The notes beneath the pieces were generated by a model. It was not told the origin of the DNA and ran no database searches. It saw only the letters and a list, made by a program, of their open reading frames with translations. A stretch of 64,000 bases of DNA from Acidimicrobiia bacterium (GTDB lineage: Bacteria > Actinomycetota > Acidimicrobiia > Spongiisociales > ZC4RG35). Position numbers and translations under genes: made by a program. Below, piece by piece: positions 10,294 through 19,937 of this stretch (within the stretch, counting starts at the first letter, position 1; the number at the start of each line of letters is the position of its first letter). The stretch covers positions 416,001 through 480,000 of the forward strand of contig OZ244034.1 in the NCBI GenBank assembly GCA_965215185.1, in the 5' to 3' direction.

Positions 10294-11141
10294 GTTTTTG
10301 GAAAACCATGCTCAACCGGGACCGGGTGGCGCTCGCCGCAGCCGTCACACTCGGTTTAATCTGTGTGTTCGCTCTGATATGGCCGTTTGTTAGCCCCTAC
10401 GGCCCTCGAGAAATCCACGCTGAGGCCGCCTTAAGCGGCCCATCAGCCGAGTTTTGGCTGGGCACAGACGACACAGGGCGTGACATGCTGACCCTGCTGG
10501 CTCATGGAGCTCGAATCTCGCTGGGTATCGCGGTGGCAGCAGAGATACTGGCGGTGCTCTCAGGCATCCCGCTGGCAATGATTGCCGGCCTGCTGGGAGG
10601 CATCGTGGACAGCATAATCATGCGTACTACAGATGCTCTTTTGGGGTTCCCGGGTATCTTGATTGGGCTTACGGTCGTCGCCCTGTTCGGAGCATCACTG
10701 ACAACCTTGATGATTGCTATTGCGCTGATGACCGTGCCCTACTTGATCAGAGTTGTCCGCAATGCTGTCGTTGTTGAAAAACAACGGCTTTACGTTGTTT
10801 CCTCAACTGCCCTTGGTGTCAAGACCGGGACATTGCTCCGCCGGACGATACTGCCCAACATCGTTTCGCCGGTGATAGTCCAAGTGTCATTCGGTCTGGC
10901 GGTAGCCATCCTTACAGAAGCGTCATTGGGCTTTTTGGGTCTCAGTGTGCAGCCACCTGCCGCCTCATGGGGAACGCTTCTCCAGGTGGGTTACAGCTAT
11001 ATCCGCATTACACCGTGGCTTGTGACTTTTCCCGGCATTCTGATCTTCGTCAGTGTTTGGGCACTGAACACTCTCGGTGACGCAGGGCGTGATGTCTTGG
11101 ATCCGCGCCTTCGAGATACCTTTGACCGAGGAACCCATTAG
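10290..11141 (+). CDS. Peptide ABC permease (DppC/OppC type)
   Basis: WLGTDDTGRD, ILPNI, EASLGFLGL, SWG, LGDAGRDVLDPR. Confidence 0.92.
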   Translation: MSFWKTMLNRDRVALAAAVTLGLICVFALIWPFVSPYGPREIHAEAALSGPSAEFWLGTDDTGRDMLTLLAHGARISLGIAVAAEILAVLSGIPLAMIAGLLGGIVDSIIMRTTDALLGFPGILIGLTVVALFGASLTTLMIAIALMTVPYLIRVVRNAVVVEKQRLYVVSSTALGVKTGTLLRRTILPNIVSPVIVQVSFGLAVAILTEASLGFLGLSVQPPAASWGTLLQVGYSYIRITPWLVTFPGILIFVSVWALNTLGDAGRDVLDPRLRDTFDRGTH

Positions 11142-11187
11142 GCCGCAGCATCATCGCTGTGGTCATTGAAGGAATGCAGCAGTCGAC

Positions 11188-12207
11188 TTAAGCCGTCATC
11201 TTCTGCAAGTCTTCGTATAAGGCGCGGGGGACAAGTATTCCCTTGCTGGTGGATTCCTGGCGCGCCGCGTAGCGCCGATCAGAAGGTAGGCGGGTTCCGG
11301 GCTGGCTGAGCACCCGACCAAAGAGTTTCTCCGAGTGGCCAAGGGGATCTTGCGGATCTGCATGAAAGTGAGTCGGGTCGATCGCAATGATCAACTCTCC
11401 ACCCAGTGGGGGCATGTCCTCCCGGGGATCCATCTCGGTAGCCTCGAAACTAAATGGGGTGCCAATCAAGGCGCCGGCAAGTAGTTCGACCATCACGGCG
11501 ATAGCAGCGCCCTTATATCCTCCGAACGGCAACTGTGCACCCTTCAAGCCTTCTGCAGCGTCGGAAGTCGGTTCTCCATCGGCGTCGATGGCCCATCCAA
11601 CCGGAATACTTTTCCCATCACGCTGATGGAGCAGGAGTTCTCCCCGGGAAGAGGCACTGGAAGCCTGATCGAACACGAGAGGGGGAGCGCCGTCTCGGGG
11701 CCAACCGAAAGCCATTGGGTTGGTGCCGTAGATCCGTTTGGTTCCGCCAGCTGGAGCCACGAATGCCAGATACTGGGTGAAGGCGAAAGAGACGAAGCCA
11801 CGTTCGGCCAACCATTCCACTTCGGGCCAGAGTGCAGCTACGTGATAGCAGTTGACAATGGCGACGGCGGCAATTCCACTTGCTCTTGCCCTTTTCGCAA
11901 GCTCTTCGATACCCACCTGGATCGCTAGAGGCGCATATCCTCGTTGAGCATCGATCCTCACCAGGCCGGAAGAGATGTCCTGAATCTCGGGAACGGCCGT
12001 TCCGTTTACCTTGCCGTCGGTGAGGCCTCTCGCATAGAACGGCACTCGGAAGAGGCCATGAGCTTTGCAGTCGTCTCGCTCGGCCGCAGTGATGGTTCGA
12101 GCTACAGCATCGGCGTTCTCGGCAGATGCTCCATGGACTCGTAGTGCAGCCTCGGTGACCCGATGGACTTCTTTCAGCGAAATTCTTACTTGGTCATTCT
12201 CAGGCAT
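11188..12207 (-). CDS. Ldh_2 family oxidoreductase (malate/L-lactate/sulfolactate dehydrogenase or DpkA-like imine reductase)
   Basis: AHGLFR, GTNPMAFG, FDQASS, LPFGGYKG, RLPSDRR. Confidence 0.88.
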   Translation of the reverse strand: MPENDQVRISLKEVHRVTEAALRVHGASAENADAVARTITAAERDDCKAHGLFRVPFYARGLTDGKVNGTAVPEIQDISSGLVRIDAQRGYAPLAIQVGIEELAKRARASGIAAVAIVNCYHVAALWPEVEWLAERGFVSFAFTQYLAFVAPAGGTKRIYGTNPMAFGWPRDGAPPLVFDQASSASSRGELLLHQRDGKSIPVGWAIDADGEPTSDAAEGLKGAQLPFGGYKGAAIAVMVELLAGALIGTPFSFEATEMDPREDMPPLGGELIIAIDPTHFHADPQDPLGHSEKLFGRVLSQPGTRLPSDRRYAARQESTSKGILVPRALYEDLQKMTA

Positions 12208-12244
12208 GTGCAGATCCCTCCTCGCAAAAGCCCTCCATTAGAGC

Positions 12245-12460
12245 TTACCGGTAGCGTTCCGCCGATGCTATGCCCACACCTATTCTGGTGTTGAAGCCGC
12301 CAATCAGGGAGGCGAGATTGGCGCGAGCGTCTTTCTTGACGTTGGTCGCCACCGCATCTTCCGGATCCGCAATCACCGCATCTGCAGCTGATCGAGATGC
12401 CTTGGCAATCAGATCGGGCCGAGGCTCCGGAGTGAAGAGCATCGATCCGACCGCATCCAC
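12245..12460 (-). pseudogene. N-terminal fragment of a CitE/HpcH aldolase-citrate lyase family gene
   Basis: SMLFTP..RPDLIAKA..SAADAVIADPEDAV...KKDAR matches the CitE N-terminus; only ~70 codons. Confidence 0.75.
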
Positions 12461-12519
12461 AGCCGGTTTTCCCTTCTTTGCACTCAGATCAGCGTGCCAG
12501 GAAGTCTAGAGTACTGGTC

Positions 12520-13434
12520 ATGGGCTCCATCATGACGGTGACGGGTGAAGTGCGCAGTGATGAAATCGGCGCGGTCTTGATGCATGAGCACATGCTGTGT
12601 GACTTCCACAGGATTTCAAATGCCCTGGATCATCTACTCGATGACGTTGAACTTGTTACCACGGAGCTTGGCCATTTGGATGCCACTCCGGTGCGAACAG
12701 TGGTGGAAATGACGAGTGTTGGATTGGGTAGAGACCTGAAAAGCATGAGAGACATTGCCTTACGTACTGGTCTCAACATTGTTGCCGGCTGTGGTTGGTA
12801 CCGCGACCCTTTCCTTCCACAAGAGGTCTTTGAGACAACTTCAGATGGTCTGGCAGATATTTTGATCTCCGAGATCAATGAAGGGGCTGGCGACGGTGGA
12901 GTCCGGCCAGGAATTATTGGAGAGATCGGTGCCAAGAGGAGTCCGATGTCTCCAGCCGAGGAGCGAGTATTGCGAGCTGGTGGATTTGCGCAGTTGCAAA
13001 CAGGAGTCTCGATTTATACGCATGCGTCCCGGAGCACAGTTGGGCTTGACCAGGCCAAAATCCTGCTCAGCATCGGCGTTCCACCTGAGCGGATCGTTAT
13101 CGGACATGCTGATACGGTGCCCCGGAAGGAGTACTGGTCGCAGTTGCTCGATATGGGTGTCACCCTCGGCTTCGACACGGTAAAACCTGGCTTCCCATAT
13201 GAGTTTGGAGTTCGTGTCGATGGTCTGACGTGGCTGGCTGAGCGAGGATCGATCGATCAGGTTGTAGTTTCCAACGACGTGTGCTATCGATCACATCTTC
13301 GCGCATTCGGCGGCAGTGGTTACCCGTACTGTGTCACAGGCTTCTTCGATTCTCTGCGACAGGTCGGGTTCGGCGACCAGGAGTTTCAAACGATCTTCTA
13401 TGACACCCCGGTTCGACTTCTGCAGCGGCCCTAG
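12520..13434 (+). CDS. Phosphotriesterase-homology protein, copy 2
   Basis: Same length (304 aa) and motifs as 4284-5198, with long identical stretches. Confidence 0.9.
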   Translation: MGSIMTVTGEVRSDEIGAVLMHEHMLCDFHRISNALDHLLDDVELVTTELGHLDATPVRTVVEMTSVGLGRDLKSMRDIALRTGLNIVAGCGWYRDPFLPQEVFETTSDGLADILISEINEGAGDGGVRPGIIGEIGAKRSPMSPAEERVLRAGGFAQLQTGVSIYTHASRSTVGLDQAKILLSIGVPPERIVIGHADTVPRKEYWSQLLDMGVTLGFDTVKPGFPYEFGVRVDGLTWLAERGSIDQVVVSNDVCYRSHLRAFGGSGYPYCVTGFFDSLRQVGFGDQEFQTIFYDTPVRLLQRP

Positions 13435-13569
13435 ACATTTGATGTGACTGGGGACGGCAGTGATGGTAAGTGTGTCCAGATCGGGTGTCGTAATCTTGTA
13501 GGCAGGCAGGCCATAGGGTCTGCTGATCTATTGCCGCAAAACAGCCTATCTATGGTCGCATCGTTGCTT

Positions 13570-15255
13570 TCAGGAGAGCACGGTAACTTGACCCCGGTCG
13601 CCATCCAAGGCCACAATCAAGTCCTCCTTTTGCTCTGATTGCTCTGCATCCTCACCGATCCATTGGCTGATATTTACTCCGCACAGAGCAGGAACAGCAA
13701 GCCATTCAGCCACTTCGAATAGGTGAGCTCCGGGGCTCCCTTCCATTGTCAGGAGGCCCGCGGCATTCCATAGCAGCGGAGCTATGTTGCCGACCGGCAG
13801 GGAGGTGGCGATGACTTCCCGGGCAGAGAACAAAGCGGCGTCGTCGGCGTTGCGGATGAATCTGAGTCGGCCGACACCCCATCCCCCCGCCGCCGGGATT
13901 CCAGCGATGCTTTCACCTTGGGAAGTGACCACACCGTAGATCCATGCATCCCAGTTTGTGGTCCCGATTCGACGCATAGGACTTTGTTGGTCAGGAGGCG
14001 GCTGGTCCAAGTTGTCCGGGTCGAGGTACCAGATCCAGCCGGGGTGGGGAATCACACCGGAAGTGGTAAGTGCCTGCCCCAGTTCCTGGAGATTGTGCAG
14101 GTGCGCGGCAGCGATGCGCCGGTCAACCGACGGATGCCGGGAGATCAGGTCCAGGAGTGGCGAAGAGTCGCCGTTGCGCAACGCCGACCAAGATTGGTCG
14201 AGGTCGGCCAAAGAATCGGTGTGTCCCCAACGCATTGACATCAGGAGCGCAGCGCCTTTCCGAACGTCGCTGATGAGGGTCGTCATAGGCTTGCGGGTCT
14301 GCTCCATCAGTGGGGGGGAGAGGTCTTCGAGGCCGATGGCCCACGACCAGACAAGTTTTTCTCCCACCGGACCCGGGTACCGAATCATCATACGAACCAC
14401 ACCGCTCATCCATGGTTCCCCGTTGTGGACCAGATCGGGTGTCTGGGTTTTCATCCCCTCCAGGCGCATATCAACCTTAGGTTGAGCTTGAACCAGATGG
14501 AGCTTCCCCTTTTGGTCAGCCATCCATTCGATGTGATTGCACTCGATCGTCTCCGCGGTGGCTCTGCTCAGATCGGCGATCTCGCGGAGAAGCCGGGAAC
14601 CCAGGGGCGATGAATCCGCCTGGACGTCGCCGCGGGGAGTGACGATGGCAGTGTGCCCTCTTTCCCAACCGGCCACCAGGCCGGCGGGGTGTCCCGGGAT
14701 GCTGGCCACTGTAACAGTCCCGTCATCTGCGACGGTGGCAACTCCTCCGCAGGTCGGTCGAATCTCGGGCTGGACGAGCACGGCCATTCCTACCTCGTGT
14801 GGTGATGTCCCTGTTACTTCTCCCCGCTTCAGAGTGTTGGGGTTGAAGACCGAAGCCCAGCAGCCTATCACACCCTGAGTGAGTACTTCGGGGCTCGCCC
14901 CCAGATATGACGAGAAGGCTCCGGCCCAGATACCCTCGGCTTCCGCTTGGCTCGATGAACGCACCACCAGGGAATCGCCGAGTTTCCGGGCGCTGTCCGC
15001 AAGATCGAGGAGAAGCAGGGGGGGCTGGTGGTTATAGACCGCCGATCTGGCCGCGCCCGAGTTGTTCGTTGATCTAAGTATCGCTGCCCCTGCACGGATT
15101 ACCGGTACAGAGACATCTACCGGAACCACGAACCCGTTGAGTACCGGCAAACCCCTGGCGCGGGCTGTGGCCAGCCAGCTGGCCTTTGCTCCCACCAGGG
15201 CGGGGTTTTGCGCGTCCGTCTCGTCGAGCCATACCAGACGGGCCACTTCGGGCAT
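13570..15255 (-). CDS. PEP/pyruvate-binding (PPDK_N) plus phospho-His swivel-domain protein; PEP synthase or rifamycin phosphotransferase-like
   Basis: VGAKA, VVRSSS.AE...AG.F.S, CWAS, MAVLVQ, IEW, VQAQP; C-terminal GSPGAH swivel motif. Confidence 0.8.
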   Translation of the reverse strand: MPEVARLVWLDETDAQNPALVGAKASWLATARARGLPVLNGFVVPVDVSVPVIRAGAAILRSTNNSGAARSAVYNHQPPLLLLDLADSARKLGDSLVVRSSSQAEAEGIWAGAFSSYLGASPEVLTQGVIGCWASVFNPNTLKRGEVTGTSPHEVGMAVLVQPEIRPTCGGVATVADDGTVTVASIPGHPAGLVAGWERGHTAIVTPRGDVQADSSPLGSRLLREIADLSRATAETIECNHIEWMADQKGKLHLVQAQPKVDMRLEGMKTQTPDLVHNGEPWMSGVVRMMIRYPGPVGEKLVWSWAIGLEDLSPPLMEQTRKPMTTLISDVRKGAALLMSMRWGHTDSLADLDQSWSALRNGDSSPLLDLISRHPSVDRRIAAAHLHNLQELGQALTTSGVIPHPGWIWYLDPDNLDQPPPDQQSPMRRIGTTNWDAWIYGVVTSQGESIAGIPAAGGWGVGRLRFIRNADDAALFSAREVIATSLPVGNIAPLLWNAAGLLTMEGSPGAHLFEVAEWLAVPALCGVNISQWIGEDAEQSEQKEDLIVALDGDRGQVTVLS

Positions 15256-15257
15256 GG

Positions 15258-16496
15258 TTAGTCCACGACGATTATTTCGTGAGACTTGTAGGTGGAGACC
15301 ATTTCGATCCCCGTTTCGGTCACATACAGCATTTCTTCGAGCCTCACTCCGAAGTCATGAAGTTTTCCGTGCTGGGTTTCTAGGGCGAAAGTCATACCGG
15401 GCTGGATTTCGACAGGGTGGTCCAAAGACCAGATGCGGGAAATCACCGGCGGGTCGTACTGGGCCAAACCCAAGCCGTGACCCCAGAGATTGGCCGCCGC
15501 TTGGTCTTCTTCCTCGTATCCCCAGATCTCCTTGGCGCTCGGCCACTTGGAAGCCACGTCGGCGGTGGTGACCCCCGGGCCGGTGGCTTCGATCGAATCC
15601 CACAGCCACTTGTGTGCCTGGTCGTACACGCGCTGCATCTCGTCGGTCGGCTTTCCACCCACGCAATATGTGCGATAAACGCAACTCTTGAACCCGTTCC
15701 AGGTGAGCGCGGCCAAGTCGATGATCACTAGTTCTCCAGGGCGGATCATCCGGTCGGAGAAGTTTCGCCAGTTGGGCCAGGCGTTGGGGCCTGATGAGAC
15801 GATCACGTCTTCTACGTCCTCCATGCCGGGGATCGAATAGAGCTTTTCGAATCCGAAAGCAGCCACCTGGTTTTCGGTCATCCCCGGTTTGATGAAGTTG
15901 GCTATTTCGTAGTGAACGAAATCGCAGATGGCTCCCACCATCGAAAAAGCTTTGACCTCATCGGGGCTCTTTATGGCCCGCGCCTCCATCATGGGAGTCA
16001 TGCCGTCGGTCCACTCGATTCGGTGCTGCTGGAAGGCCGAGATCAGGTTTATGTCAATAAAGTCGACACCGAGCGGCCTGTCTCTGACCCCGGCGGCCTC
16101 AAGGTCGTTGATCAGGGCCTTTGTGAACTTGTTGACCTGTTGGGTGGAGGCGGGGCCTACCGCGCCTTTGATCCAAGCGTACGAGTAGCGGATGTTCTCC
16201 TTGGGGATCCACGGATTGTGGACCTTCAGGTGGAATCCGATGTCGCCCTGTTCGTAGACGATCGGTGGTTGGTCCTCGATCAGGACCACATAGCGAAGAC
16301 CGGGCTTGAGCCGGTTCCATCCAGGAGTCAGGGTGGACGAGACATAGCGCATGTTCTCGTCGTAGAAGAGGAGCATGGCCCCCAGCCCGTGGCGCTTCAT
16401 CGCTTCGTGGGCTCTCTTCAACCGCCACTTTCGGACGGCGTCCCAGTTGATGCCCTCTTTCCAGTCCGTGCTCAAGACCCCGAACGCTTCCCGCAT
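15258..16496 (-). CDS. M24 family (Xaa-Pro peptidase/creatinase-like) hydrolase
   Basis: Creatinase-type N-domain, ARAIKSPDE, GHGLG, ETQHG, GVRLEE. Confidence 0.88.
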   Translation of the reverse strand: MREAFGVLSTDWKEGINWDAVRKWRLKRAHEAMKRHGLGAMLLFYDENMRYVSSTLTPGWNRLKPGLRYVVLIEDQPPIVYEQGDIGFHLKVHNPWIPKENIRYSYAWIKGAVGPASTQQVNKFTKALINDLEAAGVRDRPLGVDFIDINLISAFQQHRIEWTDGMTPMMEARAIKSPDEVKAFSMVGAICDFVHYEIANFIKPGMTENQVAAFGFEKLYSIPGMEDVEDVIVSSGPNAWPNWRNFSDRMIRPGELVIIDLAALTWNGFKSCVYRTYCVGGKPTDEMQRVYDQAHKWLWDSIEATGPGVTTADVASKWPSAKEIWGYEEEDQAAANLWGHGLGLAQYDPPVISRIWSLDHPVEIQPGMTFALETQHGKLHDFGVRLEEMLYVTETGIEMVSTYKSHEIIVVD

Positions 16497-16565
16497 ATCT
16501 TTCCTTGTTCGACTGCTGTGAAATCATACTTGCGGACACCTGGACGGGGGAGTGAAGAGGCTGGT

Positions 16566-17567
16566 TCAGGCGGTGAGAAGAACCTTGAGGTGTTCCCCTC
16601 TATTAGCAGCGGCGAAGGCGGAGGTGGCATCCTCCAGGGAATAGGTGGCGGTCACCAACGGAGCCAGTTGAATCCGGTCCGCGGCGGCGAGAGCAATGGC
16701 GGCGTCATAGTCACGGGGTCGCGCCGCTCTCGGGTTGTGGAGGGTGATTTCTTTGAAATAGAGCTGGTAGTAGGGCATTTTCGTGCCTCCACCGGTGACG
16801 GTGCCGTAGACGATCACATCCCCGCCGGAGCCGCAGAGTTCGATCGCCTGCACCACTGTGGCTTCCGTTCCTACCGCCTCTATAACCAAGTCCGGGCCCC
16901 GCCCCCCAGATACCCTGGCCACGACATCGGCCGCCCCATCCGGGGTGGCAACTGCGTCGGCGCCGAGTTTCCTGGCCATATCCAGTTTCCACGAGGACCG
17001 GGTGATGCCGATTACCAGGCCGACACCCCGTTCTCGAAGTAGTTGAACATGCAGCAAACCGGACACTCCCAAGCCGATAACTACCGCCACCATCTCGCTA
17101 GAAACCGCCACTGTCTGCTGAGAATGGACCACCGTGCCCAGTACTTGCAGGAGACCCGCGGCGTCCGATGGGATCTGCTCGGGGACCACATGAAGGAAAC
17201 GTTCCTCGATTTCTAATTCCTCTGTAAACACCCCGTCGAAATCTCTTCCCAACAACCCACCGCGGTGACAGAGGTGAGGCCTGTCTTTGCGGCACAGATG
17301 GCAGGCGCCACAGTGGATGCCGGGGTTAATCAGAACTCTCGTTCCCGCAGCGATCTTCCCGTCCGAAGTTGCCACCTCCACGGTTCCCACCAGTTCGTGC
17401 CCTAGCACTCGGGGGTAGCCGATCCGTGTTGAACCATCAAGGATCTTGAGGTCCGTTCCACAGATCCCGGCCCGCTCCAGGCGCACCAACGATCCCTTCC
17501 CCTCCCGCGGGGAAGCGACTTCCACGATTTGGAGCCTGCCTGGCCCCGCGGTTTGAACGGCTCTCAA
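16566..17567 (-). CDS. Zinc-dependent medium-chain alcohol/polyol dehydrogenase
   Basis: GICGTD, GHE, structural Zn motif CGACHLC...C, GLGVSG. Confidence 0.92.
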   Translation of the reverse strand: MRAVQTAGPGRLQIVEVASPREGKGSLVRLERAGICGTDLKILDGSTRIGYPRVLGHELVGTVEVATSDGKIAAGTRVLINPGIHCGACHLCRKDRPHLCHRGGLLGRDFDGVFTEELEIEERFLHVVPEQIPSDAAGLLQVLGTVVHSQQTVAVSSEMVAVVIGLGVSGLLHVQLLRERGVGLVIGITRSSWKLDMARKLGADAVATPDGAADVVARVSGGRGPDLVIEAVGTEATVVQAIELCGSGGDVIVYGTVTGGGTKMPYYQLYFKEITLHNPRAARPRDYDAAIALAAADRIQLAPLVTATYSLEDATSAFAAANRGEHLKVLLTA

Positions 17568-17768
17568 CGCTTCACCCTTTCACCTGCTCAGCGCGGAGAC
17601 TACCGCGATATCTGCTTGGAACCCTGGGCCAGCGTCCGCCCACTCACCTAGCCTTCCCACCTGTAGGTCGGGTGTCAGGTTAATGGCAATTAACATGGCT
17701 GGTGTCGATCCCAGGCGCCACGCTTCTCCGTGATCCTTGGATGCGCCTAGGGCGGGGTGTGGCGTGTA

Positions 17769-17800
17769 TATCGTGGGGCGGGATGAAAGCCTGCCGGTGA
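17769..17800 (+). promoter_or_regulatory. Putative -10 box plus leaderless 5-codon uORF (MKACR*) overlapping the EamA start
   Basis: TATCGT (17769-74), 8 nt, ATG AAA GCC TGC CGG TGA; the TGA overlaps GTG at 17797. Conserved before the paralog. Confidence 0.55.
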
Positions 17801-18729
17801 CCGACCAACACACTTCTCCACCGGGGTCTCGACTTTTTTACTATTTCTTGTTGGGCGGGATTGTATTGATTTTGGGCTTTAACTGGCCGATATTGGACAG
17901 AGGGGTGGACCTTATCCCACCTTTTTGGCTGGTTACCTTCCGTCTGTTGGGGGGAGCGTTGGTCGGATTCGGGATGAACGCCGGCGCCCGTCAGCGGGCT
18001 TCCTTTCCCCGCCGGGATTGGAAGATCGTCCCGATATTGGGCTTTTTCCGCCTCGCCGCCGTCGCCGGGTTGACGTTCTTCGCCCTTCAAATCCTGCCTC
18101 CCGGCCGGTCCTCCATCCTGGTTTGGACCAGCACCCTGTGGACGGTTCCTCTGGCGGTCGCCTTTCTGGGAGAGCGGATGTCCCGGATGCAGGTGAGCGG
18201 CCTGGCGATTGGGATGGTGGGGGTGGGGTTGGTTTTCGAGCCTTGGGAACTGAGTCTCTCCGAGCCGCGGGTGATCTGGGGCTATTTGATGCTGCTGGGC
18301 GCCGCGCTGTCCGTAGCGTGGACCTCCGTGTACATCCGGGGCCATTCCTGGGGAGCGAATCCTTTGGCTTCCACCCCCTGGCAGATGCTGGCCGGGGCGG
18401 TTCCCGTCTTGGTCCTGGCGTTGGCTGTGGACGGGGCTCCCGATGTCCAATGGACCTGGGAGTCGGGGGGTATCGTGGCTTATCAGATCACACTGGGCGG
18501 CCCGCTTGCGCTTTGGGGGCGGCTGACGGCTTTTCGACATATCTCGGCGATCTCGGTCAACCTGACCTTGATGGCCACCCCGGTGGTGGGACTGCTGGCC
18601 TCGTGGTGGTTGGTCGATGAGATGCTCACCCTGACGGTGGTAGGGGGGCTGGCTCTGATCATTGCCGGGGCGGCGGCCAACATAAGGGGAGACGAGAACG
18701 TCTGGCCTTTGCGTTCCGGTCTGGCATGA
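17797..18729 (+). CDS. DMT/EamA family transporter, copy 1
   Basis: About 10 TM segments; GFNWP, FLGERM, TPVVGL. Confidence 0.9.
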   Translation: MTDQHTSPPGSRLFYYFLLGGIVLILGFNWPILDRGVDLIPPFWLVTFRLLGGALVGFGMNAGARQRASFPRRDWKIVPILGFFRLAAVAGLTFFALQILPPGRSSILVWTSTLWTVPLAVAFLGERMSRMQVSGLAIGMVGVGLVFEPWELSLSEPRVIWGYLMLLGAALSVAWTSVYIRGHSWGANPLASTPWQMLAGAVPVLVLALAVDGAPDVQWTWESGGIVAYQITLGGPLALWGRLTAFRHISAISVNLTLMATPVVGLLASWWLVDEMLTLTVVGGLALIIAGAAANIRGDENVWPLRSGLA

Positions 18730-19937
18730 GTCTCGGGTCCTGCATGAGGCCAAAGTCCCGAAGAGAGCAACTGGTTTTGCTGATTACGCTCAGCTGTTTT
18801 GGTAGCACTCACTTGTCTGTGCTGCCGCCTGCCCTGCCCGAGTTGGCCGAGGTGTTTGGAGTTTCCATCGCCGCGATTGGCTGGGTCCAAGGTTCGGCAG
18901 TGATACCTGGGATCATTTGCTCGGCTCTGATTGGTTTTCTTGCCGACCGGTTCGGAGCAAAACGGGTAGTGCTGACCTGCGTGATTGTTTTCACCGTGTT
19001 TGGCGCCGCGGGCTTCTTTGCTTCATCCTTTTCAATGCTGCTCGGGCTTCGCATGTTGCAGGGATTGGGGACCTCGGGGGTTCTGGGGTTGTCAATCGCT
19101 TTGATCGGTGAACTTATCGAGGACGACAAGGACCGTACTCGGGCGCTGGGACTCAACCTTGCCTTCATCTACATCATCCAGATGGTCATCCCTGTCACCT
19201 CTGGTGTCCTGGCCGCAGGCGGCGTCTTTCGCCCTTTTCTGCTCTATCTGCTGGGCGCGCCAATCGGCATCTGGGCGCTCCGGTTGGCGATTGGACAGCC
19301 CAAGGGAACCGCGTCTTCTCCTTTCCGGCACGCCCGGGAGGCTCGCGAAGACATGCGCCGCCGCCAAACCGGGGTGGATACGTTGGGGTTGATAGCCGTG
19401 AGCATCCTGGCCATGGTGGTGCTTCACGGGATTGCGTTCACAGCTATTCCATTGCTTTTGGATGAAGTGTTCGGAACGGGGAGCGCGGTGCGGGGTGTGG
19501 TGATCTCAGCCTTCCAGGTGGGGGCCATAGTTACCACTCTGGTGGTGGTGCGGATGTTTTCCGGGCGGATATCGGGTCGGGTGATGAGCGCCGGTATCTG
19601 GTTGATGGCCATCGGCCTGGCCCTGGTGTTTGTGGCAGGCTCTCCTACGTTGGTGGCTTTGGGTCTGGCGGTTAGCGGCGCGGGGTTCGGGTTGGTGTAC
19701 ACCCTGGCGCAGCGGGACGCCATTGCCTCTGTCTCCCTGGCCTATCGGGGACTGGTGTTTCTAACTTTGGTGACAGGAGTGAGGGTCGCTCAAATGGTTG
19801 GACCTCCTACAGCGTCGCTTGTCACCGATGTAATGGGTCCTCGTTCGTCACTGTTGATCACTGCGGTAATCACTGCCCTGGCTGCCGTTATTTGGCGCCC
19901 GCTCCGTCATTGGGTTCGCAAGTTGGCCTATCCATAG
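18726..19937 (+). CDS. MFS transporter, copy 1
   Basis: Motif A GFLADRFGAKRV, RMLQGLG; about 12 TM; ATGA-coupled to EamA. Confidence 0.9.
   Translation: MSLGSCMRPKSRREQLVLLITLSCFGSTHLSVLPPALPELAEVFGVSIAAIGWVQGSAVIPGIICSALIGFLADRFGAKRVVLTCVIVFTVFGAAGFFASSFSMLLGLRMLQGLGTSGVLGLSIALIGELIEDDKDRTRALGLNLAFIYIIQMVIPVTSGVLAAGGVFRPFLLYLLGAPIGIWALRLAIGQPKGTASSPFRHAREAREDMRRRQTGVDTLGLIAVSILAMVVLHGIAFTAIPLLLDEVFGTGSAVRGVVISAFQVGAIVTTLVVVRMFSGRISGRVMSAGIWLMAIGLALVFVAGSPTLVALGLAVSGAGFGLVYTLAQRDAIASVSLAYRGLVFLTLVTGVRVAQMVGPPTASLVTDVMGPRSSLLITAVITALAAVIWRPLRHWVRKLAYP

Noticed and set aside
17769-17800. Known riboswitch (fluoride or guanidine) upstream of EamA
   Set aside because: Lacks the consensus elements of those classes; the uORF/hairpin reading fits better.
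15912-18753. Long ORFs 15912-17042 (+) and 17680-18753 (-)
   Set aside because: Antisense shadows of well-supported genes, expected in high-GC DNA.
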